Of a DNA stretch of 64,000 nt, positions 36,401-48,500 are shown in pieces (position 1 is the first letter of the stretch; every line of letters starts with the position of its first letter). Location of the stretch: contig NC_088801.1 of NCBI RefSeq assembly GCF_011386835.1, forward strand, positions 13,578,001 to 13,642,000, written 5' to 3'. A program made the position numbers and the translations under genes. The notes under the pieces were generated by a model. The model saw only the letters and a program-made list of their open reading frames with translations. It did not search any database and was not told the origin of the DNA. The DNA comes from Chrysemys picta bellii. Lineage: Eukaryota.

Positions 36401-39260
36401 AAATTTGTGGTAAAGCAGGGACTTGAACCAAGAGTTCCTAAGTCCTAAAAAAGGCATACAAGATTATATAAAAAGCACAGTGATGAGAACTGACTCAATA
36501 TTAACTCACCTAACACAACTCTACAATCCACACCATCCAAGCTTAATACCCAAGTATTTGTTGTTTTTGACCGGTTCTCCATGTACTTCTTGAGGCTTTT
36601 CCCATTGATTTCCAAGGTATACTCATATGCAAAACCACTGACTGCATCAATGTTAATGGTAGCCTTTGTTTTGGCTGTTCCAACTGTAAATGTTTCTTTA
36701 CCCACTAGTTTAAACATCCACTCTTTTCTTATTTCTTCCTGAAGAATAAAATAATTAAAAAGAGGAAAACGGGTGTTAATAAAAAGTCAAATATTTTTGT
36801 CTCGTTACAGAAAATATCAAGCCAAGTAGCAGATGGAGGAACTGGTGCAAACTATTGTCACGGTATCAGATCCAGGACCTGTAGTGAGATATGCAGTCTC
36901 ATTAACATCAGTGGGGTTCTCTGTAAACACAAGGATGCATTTGTGCGCATTTCTGTGTAGGATCTGAGCTGTAGCATGTGAGAGTGCATGGCAGGTATCA
37001 GACATCAATCCCTGTTAGTACACCTCACCCCACTATAACACGACCCGCTATAACACGGGTTCGCGTATAGCGCAGTAGCAGCGGGGCTCCGGCAGCGCTT
37101 TAAAGGGTCCGGGGCTCTGGCTGCTGCGGGGAGCCCCGGGCCCTTTAAATCACTGCTGGAGCCCTATCACGGCTACCCTGGGGCTGCGGCAGCGAGGCTT
37201 GCTGGCAATTTAAAGGGCCCAGGCTCCCCGCAACGGCCGGAGCCCTGCCGCCGCTACTCCGGGGCTGCGGCAGCGGGGCTCGGGCAGCGCTTTAAAGGGT
37301 TCAGGCCCTTTAAATCACCGCTGGAGCCCTGCTGCCGCTACCCCGGGGCTGCAGCAGTGGGGCTCGCCGGTGATTTAAAGGGCCTGGGCTCCCCGCAGCG
37401 GCCAGAGCCCGGAGCTCTTTAAATCACCTCCGGAGCCCGGCCGCCCCTACCCCGATATAACGGGGTTTCAGCTATAACACAGTAGGGATTTTTGGCGTTC
37501 TATCGGGGTAGAGGTGTATTTCTACAAACTCATACTGTAAGACAGGGGCAGTCTATTTTTTGTCAAGGTCCAAATTTCTTGGTCAAGATCTAGACTCCAG
37601 AGAAAATAATAAAGAAATAAAAAAATTTCAGGGTCTGTTCAAAAGCATCTGGCAGTTCGGATTTGGCCCGCAGTCTGCCTATTAATTACCACTGCTGCAA
37701 GACAAACAAGGAGAGAGAGAGACAGAGAGAGAGAGAGAAAGGACAGCGAAGTGGATAGCGCCCTGCCCTTCTTATATTGTGAAGAGATCAATAAGAGACT
37801 GGAGAAGCACTACCAGGGAATGACATCAGATATTGGTAGAGTCTAAGGTTAGTACTGAACACTAGATGCCAGAAGCCATACTAATGATTCTCACGTGTAA
37901 TGCAAGTAGAACTACTATTTCCCAATAAGGCAGCAAGCTATCAGCCATGCTGTGCCAAAGGGATAATATCTGGGAGATGAGAATTGCAAACCCAGGGTAC
38001 AATATTGCAGCCTGAAATACATTCCTTCCTTTTAAGTATTACTCAGTTAACTTTGTTACAAGGGTAAAAAGCCTGTGTTCTATTTATTATTGTGTTTAAC
38101 TAGTCATAGTGCTTTTCACACATAAAGATACAGTTACATAAGTATTGAGTGTTTTGCACATGTTCATTTTACCTTTCCATCTACATATACAACACGTTTT
38201 CCTGATGTAGTTCCATGTTCAAATTCAATCTTGTGAACACCATCACTTAAAGCAACCTCCCAAACAGCCACCAGATCTGTCATCTTCTCCAGGTAGCCGT
38301 AGCGAGACCTGAGGGAATAACAATTTTAAAGACTTATAATTCTTCTATTAATGTGCAGTATATTTTGTTCAAAGTTTTATTACTTCAGGTTACGTAAGCT
38401 TTAGCTAATTAAAAATAATCCTGATCAAGAACTGACTTAGCTGTAGGAAAGATTGGTTTAGCTTTTATTTATTTATTTACTTTCTCATCCACAATCAAAT
38501 ATAGCAAAAAAGTTTAAAATTGAAACAAATTAAGAAGCACACAATGAAATTATGTTGACCACAAAAATTAGAAAAGAAATAGGCAAACATATAGTTTTAC
38601 GTTGACAAATACTATATACATATACATCCATGTAAGTGCTAAAACTTCTAACTACAGAAGAATACTAGTTACAAAACTACCTAATTCCTCAGGCTCATCA
38701 GTAAATTATCTTGTTTGTTGGCATCTTTTAACATATAGTAAAAATTGAGTGACCCATTACAAATCATTTTAGGTTTTTACATTTCAGAGAATTTATATAA
38801 CCATTTGTGGTAAAACTGTAAATCTTTTCTAGACTATTAAACTCAACCTTAACAGTTTGTTTAATAAATATAACACAAAAAGTGTGATTAAGTTAAAAAA
38901 AACTGCAGTTAGGTCAGTGATTTTCTACCTGTGGTCTGCAGACCCCTAGAGGGCTGCAGACTATGTCTAAGATTTCCAAAGGGGTCCACACTTCCCTTTG
39001 AAATTTTTTGAAATGAAAAAAGGTTGAAAACCACTGGCTTAGGTAATATCTGATATGTGTGTGCATGCACATATTATGATGCACTATTCGTTTAAAGAGA
39101 ATAATCTGCACATCCATAGATCTGATCACCAACGACCATTAAATTTAAAATTACAGACATCTTTCCAGATCAGTTTATACTGCAGTGAGTGTTTGGGGTT
39201 TTTTTTTTTTTTTTACCTTACTTCATCTTCATAGAGAGTAATCTCTTCACGGGATGCCAT
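33313..39260 (-). CDS. FAIM: Fas apoptotic inhibitory molecule; FAIM-L join(39260..39217, 38308..38173, 36738..36510, 35167..35118, 33462..33313) = 202 aa; FAIM-S starts at 38283 = 179 aa
   Basis: MTDLVAVWEVALSDGVHKIEFEHGTTSGKRVVYVDGK|EEIRKEWMFKLVGKETF...|EKDTMDVWCNGKKMETA|GEFVEDGTETHFS...REIPEVLE* is near-identical to human FAIM as I recall it; all junctions GT-AG and in frame. Confidence 0.96.
35118..35167 (-). CDS. FAIM: FAIM 50-nt exon
   Basis: TTTTACAG|AG ... GCG|GTATGT. Confidence 0.92.
36510..36738 (-). CDS. FAIM: FAIM 229-nt exon
   Basis: TTCTTCAG|GAA ... TTAG|GTGAGT. Confidence 0.93.
37021..37516. mobile_element. Tigger/pogo-like MITE with GC-rich internal tandem repeats
   Basis: TA|CACCTC.CCCC ... 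GGGGTAGAGGTG|TA; repeated TTTAAAGGG.CC.GG.CTC units. Confidence 0.75.
37545..37700. mobile_element. Decayed hAT-like MITE
   Basis: CAGGGGCAGTCTATT ... ATTAATTACCACTG imperfect TIRs. Confidence 0.45.
37711..37738. repeat. Imperfect (GA)n microsatellite
   Basis: Direct reading. Confidence 0.85.
38173..38308 (-). CDS. FAIM: FAIM exon carrying the FAIM-S ATG (38283)
   Basis: TTCCCTCAG|G TCT CGC TAC GGC TAC CTG GAG AAG ATG ... AAG|GTAAAA. Confidence 0.93.
38915..39036. mobile_element. hAT-family MITE
   Basis: TIRs CAGTGATTTTCTACCT / AGGTTGAAAACCACTG; TSD AGTTAGGT/GCTTAGGT (6/8). Confidence 0.75.
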
Positions 39261-39275
39261 AGTAACCAGAACGGC
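39217..39275 (-). CDS. FAIM: FAIM-L cassette exon (59 nt; ATG at 39260, MASREEITLYEDEVR)
   Basis: Acceptor TAAAG|GCC, donor TAAG|GTAAAA; 44 coding nt join the next exon in frame; resembles the human FAIM-L start MASGDDSPIFEDDES. Confidence 0.85.
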
Positions 39276-39479
39276 CTTTAATCCAATTAGCAGCAAAGAA
39301 AGAGAAAAGCAGAATAGCAGCAAAAAAAAATGTCGAGTACTGCAGTTCCATCTTAATTAAAAAATAATCCCTTCTTAGTTCTTTCCGTTTAATGTCCATG
39401 GATATTTTCACAAAAACATAGGGAGCTTTCACACACCCTAACATATGAAATGTAATGTAATACAGTTCTGACTTTTGTT

Positions 39480-40480
39480 AGACAACACTGGAATATAAAT
39501 CAATACCTTATCTGAATATTTCATTGCAAATATAAATTCAATTTATCCACATAGGTTAAGGGTACATAGTGACTCATCCCTTATTCGATGGAAGACCTTT
39601 TGACTAACTTCAGGTCAAAAGGTTAAGATCCCTCTCCTTTGGAAGAGTTTCACACCAGATCAAAATTTTGTATCTCAAGTAGATATTACTTTGAGATTTG
39701 GCAGCTGAATATGTAATTGTAGTGAAAATTCACAGGACATCCATACCAAAAAAACAGAATTTACACAAAACTGATACATAAATGCACAGAAATTGTAGAG
39801 AAGTCAGTCTCAAAGAAAAATGGGAAAAGGAACTTAGTCTTACTATCACAACAGAAACCTGGGAGGATATGTGGCTTAATGTGAAAGATACTTCAAGTTT
39901 TTCATCCTTATGATTCTTCCAGAATAAGATATTAAACAGGTACAACTGGACTCTAGAACATTTATTTAAGGCTAGATTGGCAACTCACAACTGTTGGAGA
40001 TGCAATAGCCACATGCCAACCTTTCACACATCCTCTACACCTGTCAAAAATGCAGGTGTTCTGGAATACCATACTCAGTGCTCTCTCTAAAACTGTGTCA
40101 CTATTTTTCCTTCTCCAAGCTTGTGTGTTCTTGGGGTGCTGGATGAGTTGGTTATACTAGAAATGGTAATCCATTAAGAAATGGATTGCAGGAACTGTTT
40201 TAGTGGCCAAAAGAGTTATTTTGAGAAAATGGAAATCTGCAATTAGGCAGACTGGCTTAGTGACCTCTTTATTACAGCATTAATTGAAACAATGACTGTC
40301 TAATTAATACAAACACTTGGAAAAACTATAAAGATATTTGATCACACATGAAACTATTGCATACTTTTGCAGTTTAGTATCTATTAGTCCCCAATACTCA
40401 TAGGATATGTTGTCACTTATTTACCTGTTTAGTCACTTTAATAATGGATGCCCTGAATGACCTCTACAAGTTCAGGGGTT
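39480..40480 (+). mobile_element. Decayed L1-clade ORF2 3' fragment, antisense to FAIM
   Basis: KEKWEKELSLTITTETWEDMW and CWRC...HILYTC motifs; edges approximate. Confidence 0.65.
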
Positions 40481-41160
40481 TTTGTGCGTGTTTGTTTTAA
40501 TTCCAGGCTTTCCAAATAATAAAGATTTAATTTTGTTATTTAAATCATATTTCCATCTTGTGCATATATTTATATTTTATATAAAGACTAGGTTTAAAAA
40601 AAAAGCACTCAATATGCCCCTTCTGCTCTATGCCATCTTTAGAAGTCCAGAAAACTTCTACCAATGGAGCAAGATTCATGCAAGTGCTATTTATTCTATT
40701 TTGTTGGTTTAGGGAGAGAAAACATCACTGCTATCAAGCTTATTACAACACAGGATACTGATCTTAACGGCAGTGAAATATCACGAGATTAAGTTGATGG
40801 CAACTAGTACTACCCTACTCTTCTGGAACTGAAAGAAACAATGGCCGTCGCCTCACCGCCTACCTCTAAATCAGAGCACCTGGCCAGAGACAAGCTCTGT
40901 GTGGTTATGGTATTGAACCAGGCTACTCTTACTAGACACTGCGGTGCTTCTCACAGGGACGTTAACAGTTTGACTTGACCAGCCACCGACGCTCCGCATT
41001 GATCAGCCACACACATGATGTTAATACTAACAGAGTCATCACTAACAGCGGCAAACTACCCGTGCGTCCTCTGTTGGCTGCTGACCTGTGTCTCCATGGG
41101 AGCCAATACACAGGAACCGCTTTTCTAAGGGAAAGGGGCGCTCCCACGAGATCACATTAG

Positions 41161-41524
41161 CAGGGCCGGCTTTAGGAAGTGCGGGGCCCGATTCAAATAG
41201 TTTTGACGGGGCCCCGGCAGGGTTGACTTAAAAAAACAAAAACATAAAAAAACCACATGGGGCTTGTACTCACTGGGCCACGCTCCTAGTCGTTGGCGGC
41301 GGGTCCTTCACTCGCTACAGGTCTTCGGTGGCACTGAAGGACCTGCCGCCAAAGACACAGAGCGCCGTCGGGTGAGTAAAAATTAAAAAGGCGCCTCTAG
41401 CCAGGGAAGGGATTCTCTGCCACTTGCCCCCAACTCTGGGCCGCCCTGCCACTCAGCGTGGGGCCCTCTTAGGCGCGGGGCCCGATTCGGGGGAATTGGT
41501 GGAATTGGCCTAAAGCCGGCCCTG
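41161..41524. mobile_element. Young hAT-family MITE
   Basis: Perfect 16-bp TIRs CAGGGCCGGCTTTAGG / CCTAAAGCCGGCCCTG and perfect 8-bp TSD CACATTAG. Confidence 0.92.
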
Positions 41525-41529
41525 CACAT

Positions 41530-42420
41530 TAGGATGTCGGGGCAGAGGGCCTCCAAGAAAGCGGATCAGGGGCTCTCCCCAGGCGGGGCTACCCGGTGGC
41601 TCGGGACATTTACCGCGGAGCAGGGGCTGTTAGTGCCGCCCGGGCGCTGGGCCTGCCCAACGGGACGGGGTCGGGTCCTGCCGCTACAGGTGGCTGGGGG
41701 CCAGGGGAGCGCGGGGGCCAGGCTTCCCCGAGCGGGAGGGCGCTGCAGGCCAGGCACCGCGGGGGTTCAGAGGCGCGATGAGGTTACAGCGCCCCGGAGG
41801 CAGAGGACGAACGGCGCCAGCCCGCCCGGGGCTTCTCGTACCTGGGCGGGTCTCGCTCCGCACCACTCCCCGCAGCCGCCTCTCTCCCTCCGGCCCCCGC
41901 GGCCAAAATGGCGCTCGGGGGCAGGGAAGCGACGCGGAGCGCATCGATCAGAGCGACCGCCCGGCGCATCCACCGGCAGCGCCGCTACCGGGGTGTGCGC
42001 GCCCTCGGGCGGGGAGCTGGGAGCGTGCGGCCCCACCCCGCGCCGCGGCTGCTCGCTGCCCTATGGGCGGCGGGGGGCGTTTCCCTCAGGCCGGCCCCCG
42101 CCGCCACCCTCCCTCTGCAACGGCCGTGGAGCGTGTGGCGGGGCCGGAGGCAGAGCGAGCCCAGGTGGGGAGGGTCGGGAAGCGGCGGGGCTGGGATGGC
42201 GGACGGGCAGGGAGGGAATGTGTCGGGGGAGCTGTGACCGGAGATACCCCCCCCCCCCCCGGTACAGGTACAGTCCCAGCCCCGCGGGGTGTTTTTCCCA
42301 TCCTCGCTAGGCCTTGAGCTGCACCGCCCGGCCTGATTAGCTCCCTACACCCACCGGCCCAGCCTGCTCCCGTGTTGTTTGCGGTGTTGGGCCCAGCCCC
42401 TGAGTGAGACGAGGTGGGGG
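41530..42420. promoter_or_regulatory. CpG island / FAIM-CEP70 bidirectional promoter
   Basis: GC- and CpG-rich block between divergent genes; YY1-type CAAAATGGCG at 41904-41913; edges approximate. Confidence 0.82.
41842..41920 (-). other. FAIM: Putative non-coding FAIM exon 1 (5' end unknown)
   Basis: Minus-strand donor CCAG|GTACGA at 41842/41841; no ATG in the exon. Confidence 0.55.
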
Positions 42421-43452
42421 AGGCAACATCTTCTACTGGACCCACTTCTGTCTCCTTCACCGAGAGAAGTTGACCGAGCCGAGGCAATACCGCCCCCGCC
42501 TTATCTCACTAGCATCATCCCCTGTAGAGCGCCAGCAGGTGCCAGGCACTTGGTAGAAAGGACTGGAGCGGGTGGGTGCTAGGCAGAGACCAAAGAAGGA
42601 GAGGTGGTAGTATGTCTGGCCAAGCTTGAGCGTGCAGCCTAGTAGTTTGACAGTTTTTGTTGGGTAAAGGAATAGGGATTTTTAGCCATCTGGCCTGGTA
42701 ACACTGAGCGTAAAGAAGCAGGCGTTTAACTAGCTGTCCTTGGCCAAAATACCCCATCCACTGTTGTGTTGTATGCCAGCGGTCTGTCTTGAGGCTCTAG
42801 GGCTGCTACTATATGCGCAATGGGCTGTCTACTGTCCTGAATTACATATAGTGGTATCTGTCTATAGTTAAAATGCTTTTGTGATGCAAAATCATGATGT
42901 CTGGGGCCAAACCTCTTCTGCATAATACCTATAAATGCCATTGTTTGGCAATGAGAGGATTGTACAAAATATGTATTGCAGGGCACAACTCAGTGTTGTT
43001 TTCTGACTTTTGTTTTTTTTCTCCTTTGATACTTGAACAGCTTCAGATCAGAGATCAGTTTGATATTTTAACAATCTGACAGTGAAAACCAACAACACAG
43101 GCATAACTTATGACTGAGGTATAGTACTAATTAATCTAAACTGTATATTGTACCATATAATGTATTTATTAAAGATTACCTGCTGGATGCTTCTTTGTGT
43201 TAAAATTTCTGGAATTAGCAAATTGGCAGGCTATAATGGACAGTACTGTCAAAGATGGTAGGCCCACAGTTGGACCTGCAGTACCGTTATAATTTTGCAA
43301 AAAATAACCCTAGCCTTTCACCCTGAACGAAAAGTTAAAGTACATTGCAAACACAGCACATGATAAACCAAAAAGACTAATAATTTTCCAGTATGAACTG
43401 CCGCATGTGCATACACATCCATGTGGTATGGTAATTCATTAAAATCCTTTTG

Positions 43453-43706
43453 GGGGTATGTGTACGCTGTAAAGTTGTCAACAGAACTTTTGTCTTTCAC
43501 GGGTACTTAAAAAAAGCCCCTCTGCGAAAGACAAAAGTTTTGCCGACGCAAGTGGCAGTGTGAACGCGGCTTTGTTGGCAGGCGCGCTTTCCTGCCAACA
43601 AAGCTAACGCCGTTCGCAGGGCTGGAAGTATTTTGTCGGCAAAAGTGCCGACAAAGAGCGTTTACACACGCCTTGTCGCTAAAAGCTGCATGGTGTAGAC
43701 AAGCCC
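43453..43706. mobile_element. Harbinger-type MITE
   Basis: GGGTATGTGTACGCT ... GGTGTAGACAAGCCC ends; internal TTTTGTCGGCAAAA palindromes. Confidence 0.7.
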
Positions 43707-43984
43707 TGGGTGACTTTCAAGAGGGTTGAACACTCACAACTGCCATTCACTTCAGTTCTGAAATCAGGCTCGATCTGTATAAATACAGCCACTATGGTAT
43801 TTTGTTGCATTCTCTAGTTACCAAATGAAAATGTAGGCAATTATCACTATATGAAGGAAGAGAGAAAGCAGTGAGTTTATAGAAATGCCCCTGGCCCACA
43901 CTATTTGTAGGATTGCTCACAATTGCTGTTCTTACTTTTAAATTAAAAGAATTACACTAAAATCTGTTTTGAATAGATGATTCT

Positions 43985-44250
43985 GGCAAAGATTTTCAAG
44001 AATAGAGTCCAGATCTTCAAAGGCATTTAAGCTCCTAACTTCCATTGAAATCAATATCTAAATACCTTTGAGGATCTGAACTTCCACTGAAATCAATGGA
44101 AGTTAGGAGCCTAAATATCTTTGAGGATCTGGGCGTAGGTGCCTAAAGTTAGACTCCTAAAGCCATATTGAATTGCCCAAATAAGTGGCCTAATTTTCAG
44201 AAGTGCTGAGCAACCAGCATCCCCCATTGATTTCAGATTTTAAAGTTCTT
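43985..44250. repeat. Old short palindromic interspersed repeats (CATTGA..TCAATG core); similar copies elsewhere, for example near 21950-22080
   Basis: AGATCTTCAAAGGCATTTAAGCTCCTAACTTCCATTGAAATCAAT and inverse; family not assigned. Confidence 0.55.
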
Positions 44251-45501
44251 GGCCTCTCATTAACAGTTATCTGTAAATTGATTTAAGAAAAATATGCCTG
44301 CTTCAAAATTATAGTTTTTAGTCCTCAGTGTGAGAAGTTTATAAAAACATGCGGCCTCATCCTGCAGTCCATTTTGATGTCAATAGGCATTTTGGCCTAA
44401 GTTTTCAAGAGTGAGTAATTATTTGGGGTACCTCAGTTTTCCCTAAAAGAGCCTGATTTTCTGAGGTAGGGTACTCAGCCCTTTTTGACAATCGGAGCCC
44501 TTCTAAGCTGTTGCCCCAAAGCTGAGGTGCTCCAGATCACTAGCCACTCTTGGAAAATTTAGACCTTTACATTCGGAAAGACTGGAGGATTGGGCCAATT
44601 GACAGACAAGCACTTTCAACATTTCTGTGGGGTAGGGTGAATATAATTCATGTTTTACACATGTAGAAAGACTATCTAACCTAGTATTTTCACAAATTTC
44701 CTAAATGGAAAAAAAGGTCACTGTGAATCAATGGTAGAACCATTATTACATCTTTGGAGCCCTTCTGCCTAGGTCTGTGTTTGGTTCATGCAGTGCTTCG
44801 TATGTGCCATATACAAGGCCTGTCGGTTTTCATTTTTAATTTATTTTAGTTTTTCCAGGAATGTATTATTAGTATTTATAACAAACATTTAAAAATGGGT
44901 GAAAATTGGTGCAAAAAATTTACATCACAGCTTGCTGGGTAAATATCAGGGTTAATATCAAGGGACAGGAGGATGGAAAAAAAATAACAGATAGAGAAAA
45001 GTGGAAGAGGTGAAGGAGCTGCCATCTCATGCTGCCTCTTCCACCTCTTCTGCTTCTGGGCCCATTTTAGAAGGCGAGATGGTGGCTTGGTTACCAGGAC
45101 TGCCCAGGTTACTGAGCCACCATATCTTTCCAGAGTGGGGAGCTGGGTCCAGGGAGTTCTGGCACTACTATTTTTTTAGGACTGGAGTGCTGATCTCTAC
45201 TCTCACAAGTACTCGTATATTTTTTGTACGATTGCCTTTCTTTAATAGACAGCCTCACATTTACACTTAGACTAGTGTATTGTTAACATAAATGCATCTA
45301 CTTAATATAACGTATTTTCTTAACATAATCAGTATTTTCGTGTACTCGAGGGGTCCAAAATTCAGGTGAATATCAGTAAAAAGCACATAGGCTTTTATAA
45401 AATCCTGGACATTTTTGGTAAAAACTGAAAACAAAGGGCTTGACCGTATAGCAAGGATTAGAGGGCATTCAGCATGCAACTTTTACTTTGTTTGTGTTCA
45501 G

Positions 45502-45591
45502 GTCCCACAAAGTTGTGCATTGTCAAGTAATGCCCCAGCAGGCTCTATGCAGGTGACTCCAGCACAAAAGTCCACTGAATCATGGTGTCAG
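45502..45591 (+). CDS. CEP70: CEP70 exon with candidate ATG at 45547 ([15 protein letters not shown])
   Basis: GTGTTCAG|GTC ... CAG|GTAAGT; 90 nt, fully open in frame. Confidence 0.72.
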
Positions 45592-48500
45592 GTAAGTCCT
45601 TTTTTTAAAAACAGTAGAATGTGTAAATTTGCAAAGCTTTTTCACCCTTTGAAATGTAGATATAAATTGTTTGAGGAGTTAGCATGCGGTATTTAGTATA
45701 GTTTGGTGTATTTTTCTTTGCTTCTTGCAGATCATCACTGAAGGTGAACTGAGAGCCTTTTAAACTGCCATGAGAGAGCTTAAGTTCTGAGTTCCTTTTG
45801 TAACTGTGACATGTTATAGTATTTTGTTGATTGGCATTAGAAGAAGCGTTCCATTGTGCACACAACTAGAGGGAATACTAGAATTATTGAATATTATTAG
45901 ATAACTCTCTGAATTCAAAATATTCTCTCTTCCACCTCTCCTCCCATCTGTAGCAGGAGCAAGCAGAATGGGAAAACGTAAACAAATTATTAGTGCGACA
46001 TGGCTTAAAACCCGTGTGTCTTGCTAAACCAAGAAACAGCAGAACTCTGACAGGTAATGAAGTGCTGTTATTTAAAAATATTAAACTTACATTCATAAAT
46101 CCTCTTTTGATATAACCTTCTCCACTTCCAAATGTTTATGGAGGTGCAAGTTGCCGCACCTTTTATCACTGTCTTGTCTATCTTAAATGTCTACAGATAC
46201 GATTGTTTTAGACAAGCACTCTTCACTGGGGATAAGACTTGCATTGAAAACACTGGTGGACGACACTGAACGACAACAGAAAATGATGCATGGCCTTATA
46301 GAGGCTAATCGCCAGCTTAGGTAAGACTTACTGTCAGTGAAAAGGAGTTTTTCACAAATGTGAAAACGTGTTCTATATTTATGCAAGAGGCACACTTTCT
46401 TAAAAATTACCAAACCATTAGTTAAACTTTCCTTTTTCTGAGTATTGGAGTTTTTATCCTCACTTAAGTCCAAATCCTTAGTTCTTTTGCACGGGACGTG
46501 GGATTTATGGGTCATGGGGGTACCTGGTCAGCTGCTTTGCCATTACGGCAGCTGCTTCTGTAGTCCCTTTACTCGGGGTTCTGGCCAATGGAGCTGGCCT
46601 GCCTCACTACCCTACTTCCATGGGCTGCTACTGAGAGTCCCCTTGTGCCATGTCTTTGGGGCCTATCCTCCAAAAATACCAGTATTTCACTACATTACTG
46701 AAGTGAGTTTATTATAAATGAAGGTAGGGCTCCATATTTTTGTTTTGTTTTAAATTAGGGATGATATACGCCAGGAGAGAGGTCGGGCATGTCGACAGGA
46801 ACAACGAGCCAAAGAGTTGGAAAATGTTGTGGAGAACATCAAATCCAAAATTTGTCAGCTGGAAGATGAGTGTATAGCTAAAGTTTGCCAGCAACAGAAT
46901 CAAGTGAAAGAACTTCAGAAAGATCAGCAAGCTTCACAGGTGCTTCTAACAGTAACTATTTGGGGACTCAAACCACAAATGCTTTTGACTGCTTTAAAGG
47001 GCTTTTGAAATATTTTCAGTGATCAAAATAACAGATGTGAGAGTGTTATGGAGTTTAAGGCCAGAAGGGACCACCAGATCATCTAGTCTGACCTCTTGTA
47101 TATCACAGGCCACCAGCGCTATCCAGCACCCTTGCACTAAACCTAACAGTCACTATAAATTGTTATATTGTTTGTATTTATGATTTTGAACCCCTACACA
47201 GTTCTTTGAAGAATAGGGTTGGAATAAAGAATAAAATTACCCCTTCCCCCACTTCTCCCACCTAGTTACTACATGTAGACAGCAAGAACTTAGATTTTGT
47301 GAAACCATTGTAGTTTGCCAACTCTGTATCTTGTTTTACACACAATGTGTCTTACTCCTTTTAGAATTTTCCTATCCCCTATTTGCAGACAAAGTACCAT
47401 CACCAGAATGAAAAGTTGCATGAACAGGAAGAGACTATTGCACGTTTGCAGAAGGAGCTCCATAAGGTTGGGATGGAAGAGCAGCAGCGTGTTGCCACAC
47501 AGAACAAAATGTTCTGCCAGTTTTGCAAGCGAGCCCCAAAGTCTCTCTTAGATCAACAGTAAGCAACTCTTTACCACCATGTTCATAAGTGAGAGCCTGA
47601 TAATATTCTATGTAAAATGAAGAAACCGTTTTTAAATAACTATTCATTATAGGGTGGAAAGCATGAACATCTTAGAAGTGCCAGTTTAGAAATTACAGGT
47701 CCTTTTTACGTATCTGTATAATAATTTTTTATGTATAATAAAACTGAGTTGGGTAAGTAATTTCATAGAGAAGAACAAGAATTACAGCCCTTGTACGCTA
47801 GGTGGAAGCAAAGGGAAGAAAGTGACACTCTTTCCATATCGAATAGAATTCTAAATGGAGACGTGTAACGTATACCACTAGATAGGTTGATCCCAATCTG
47901 TATTGCTAAAAATTAGGCTGTAAGCTTTTTTTTTTTTTTTTTTTCGTATTAAAGAAAGCAGCCTCTGCAGCCTATCCATAAGCATCTGAGGCAGTGTGTG
48001 AAGGCTGCTCCATATTCCAAGATTGATGTAGGGGATTCCATCCCTCTCCCCCAACATACAGTAGCATCTGTATATTGCTGATAAATTATAAGGTCGCATA
48101 GACTGTTGCCTTCACAGAGGCTTATGTGAATGCCATAGGAATTCAATTGGCAAGCTCTGTACCCCCTAACTTTCTTGTTAATGTTGGATGAGCAGGGGCG
48201 AGGCATTTCCTCAGGTTGACTATTTGTTGGGAGAATTGTTCAATAATTGTGCCTTGGTATTTCTTCTAGTAGATAAGACAGCCTCCCATCTCCAGTTCAT
48301 GTCTAGTTTCTTTTTAAACGAGCGTCCATAGACTATCCCTCCTATTAGGGTACTCCAGTCCTTGGAATTCAGAAATTTCGTCAGGTTGTTAGCCCTGGTG
48401 GGGATCTATTTGCAATCTGATAGGTATGTGAGGTGCTCCTTACTGCCACAGATTTGGCTTTTAACCCTGCACAGCGAGCCAACCTTCTTTTGAATGGCTG

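Noticed and set aside
37080-37440. Regularly spaced repeats superficially like a CRISPR array
   Set aside because: Units are degenerate with no unique spacers, lie inside a TIR-bounded MITE in a vertebrate intron, and there are no cas genes.
41534-42582. Long ORFs up to 258 aa in the second CpG island
   Set aside because: Low-complexity Gly/Arg/Pro/Ala frames expected from GC content, with no recognisable domain.
48130-48420. Firm call of an endogenous hepadnavirus or bornavirus
   Set aside because: No YMDD or other diagnostic motif at the expected spacing; the similarity is only a few scattered residues. Kept only as an unassigned block.
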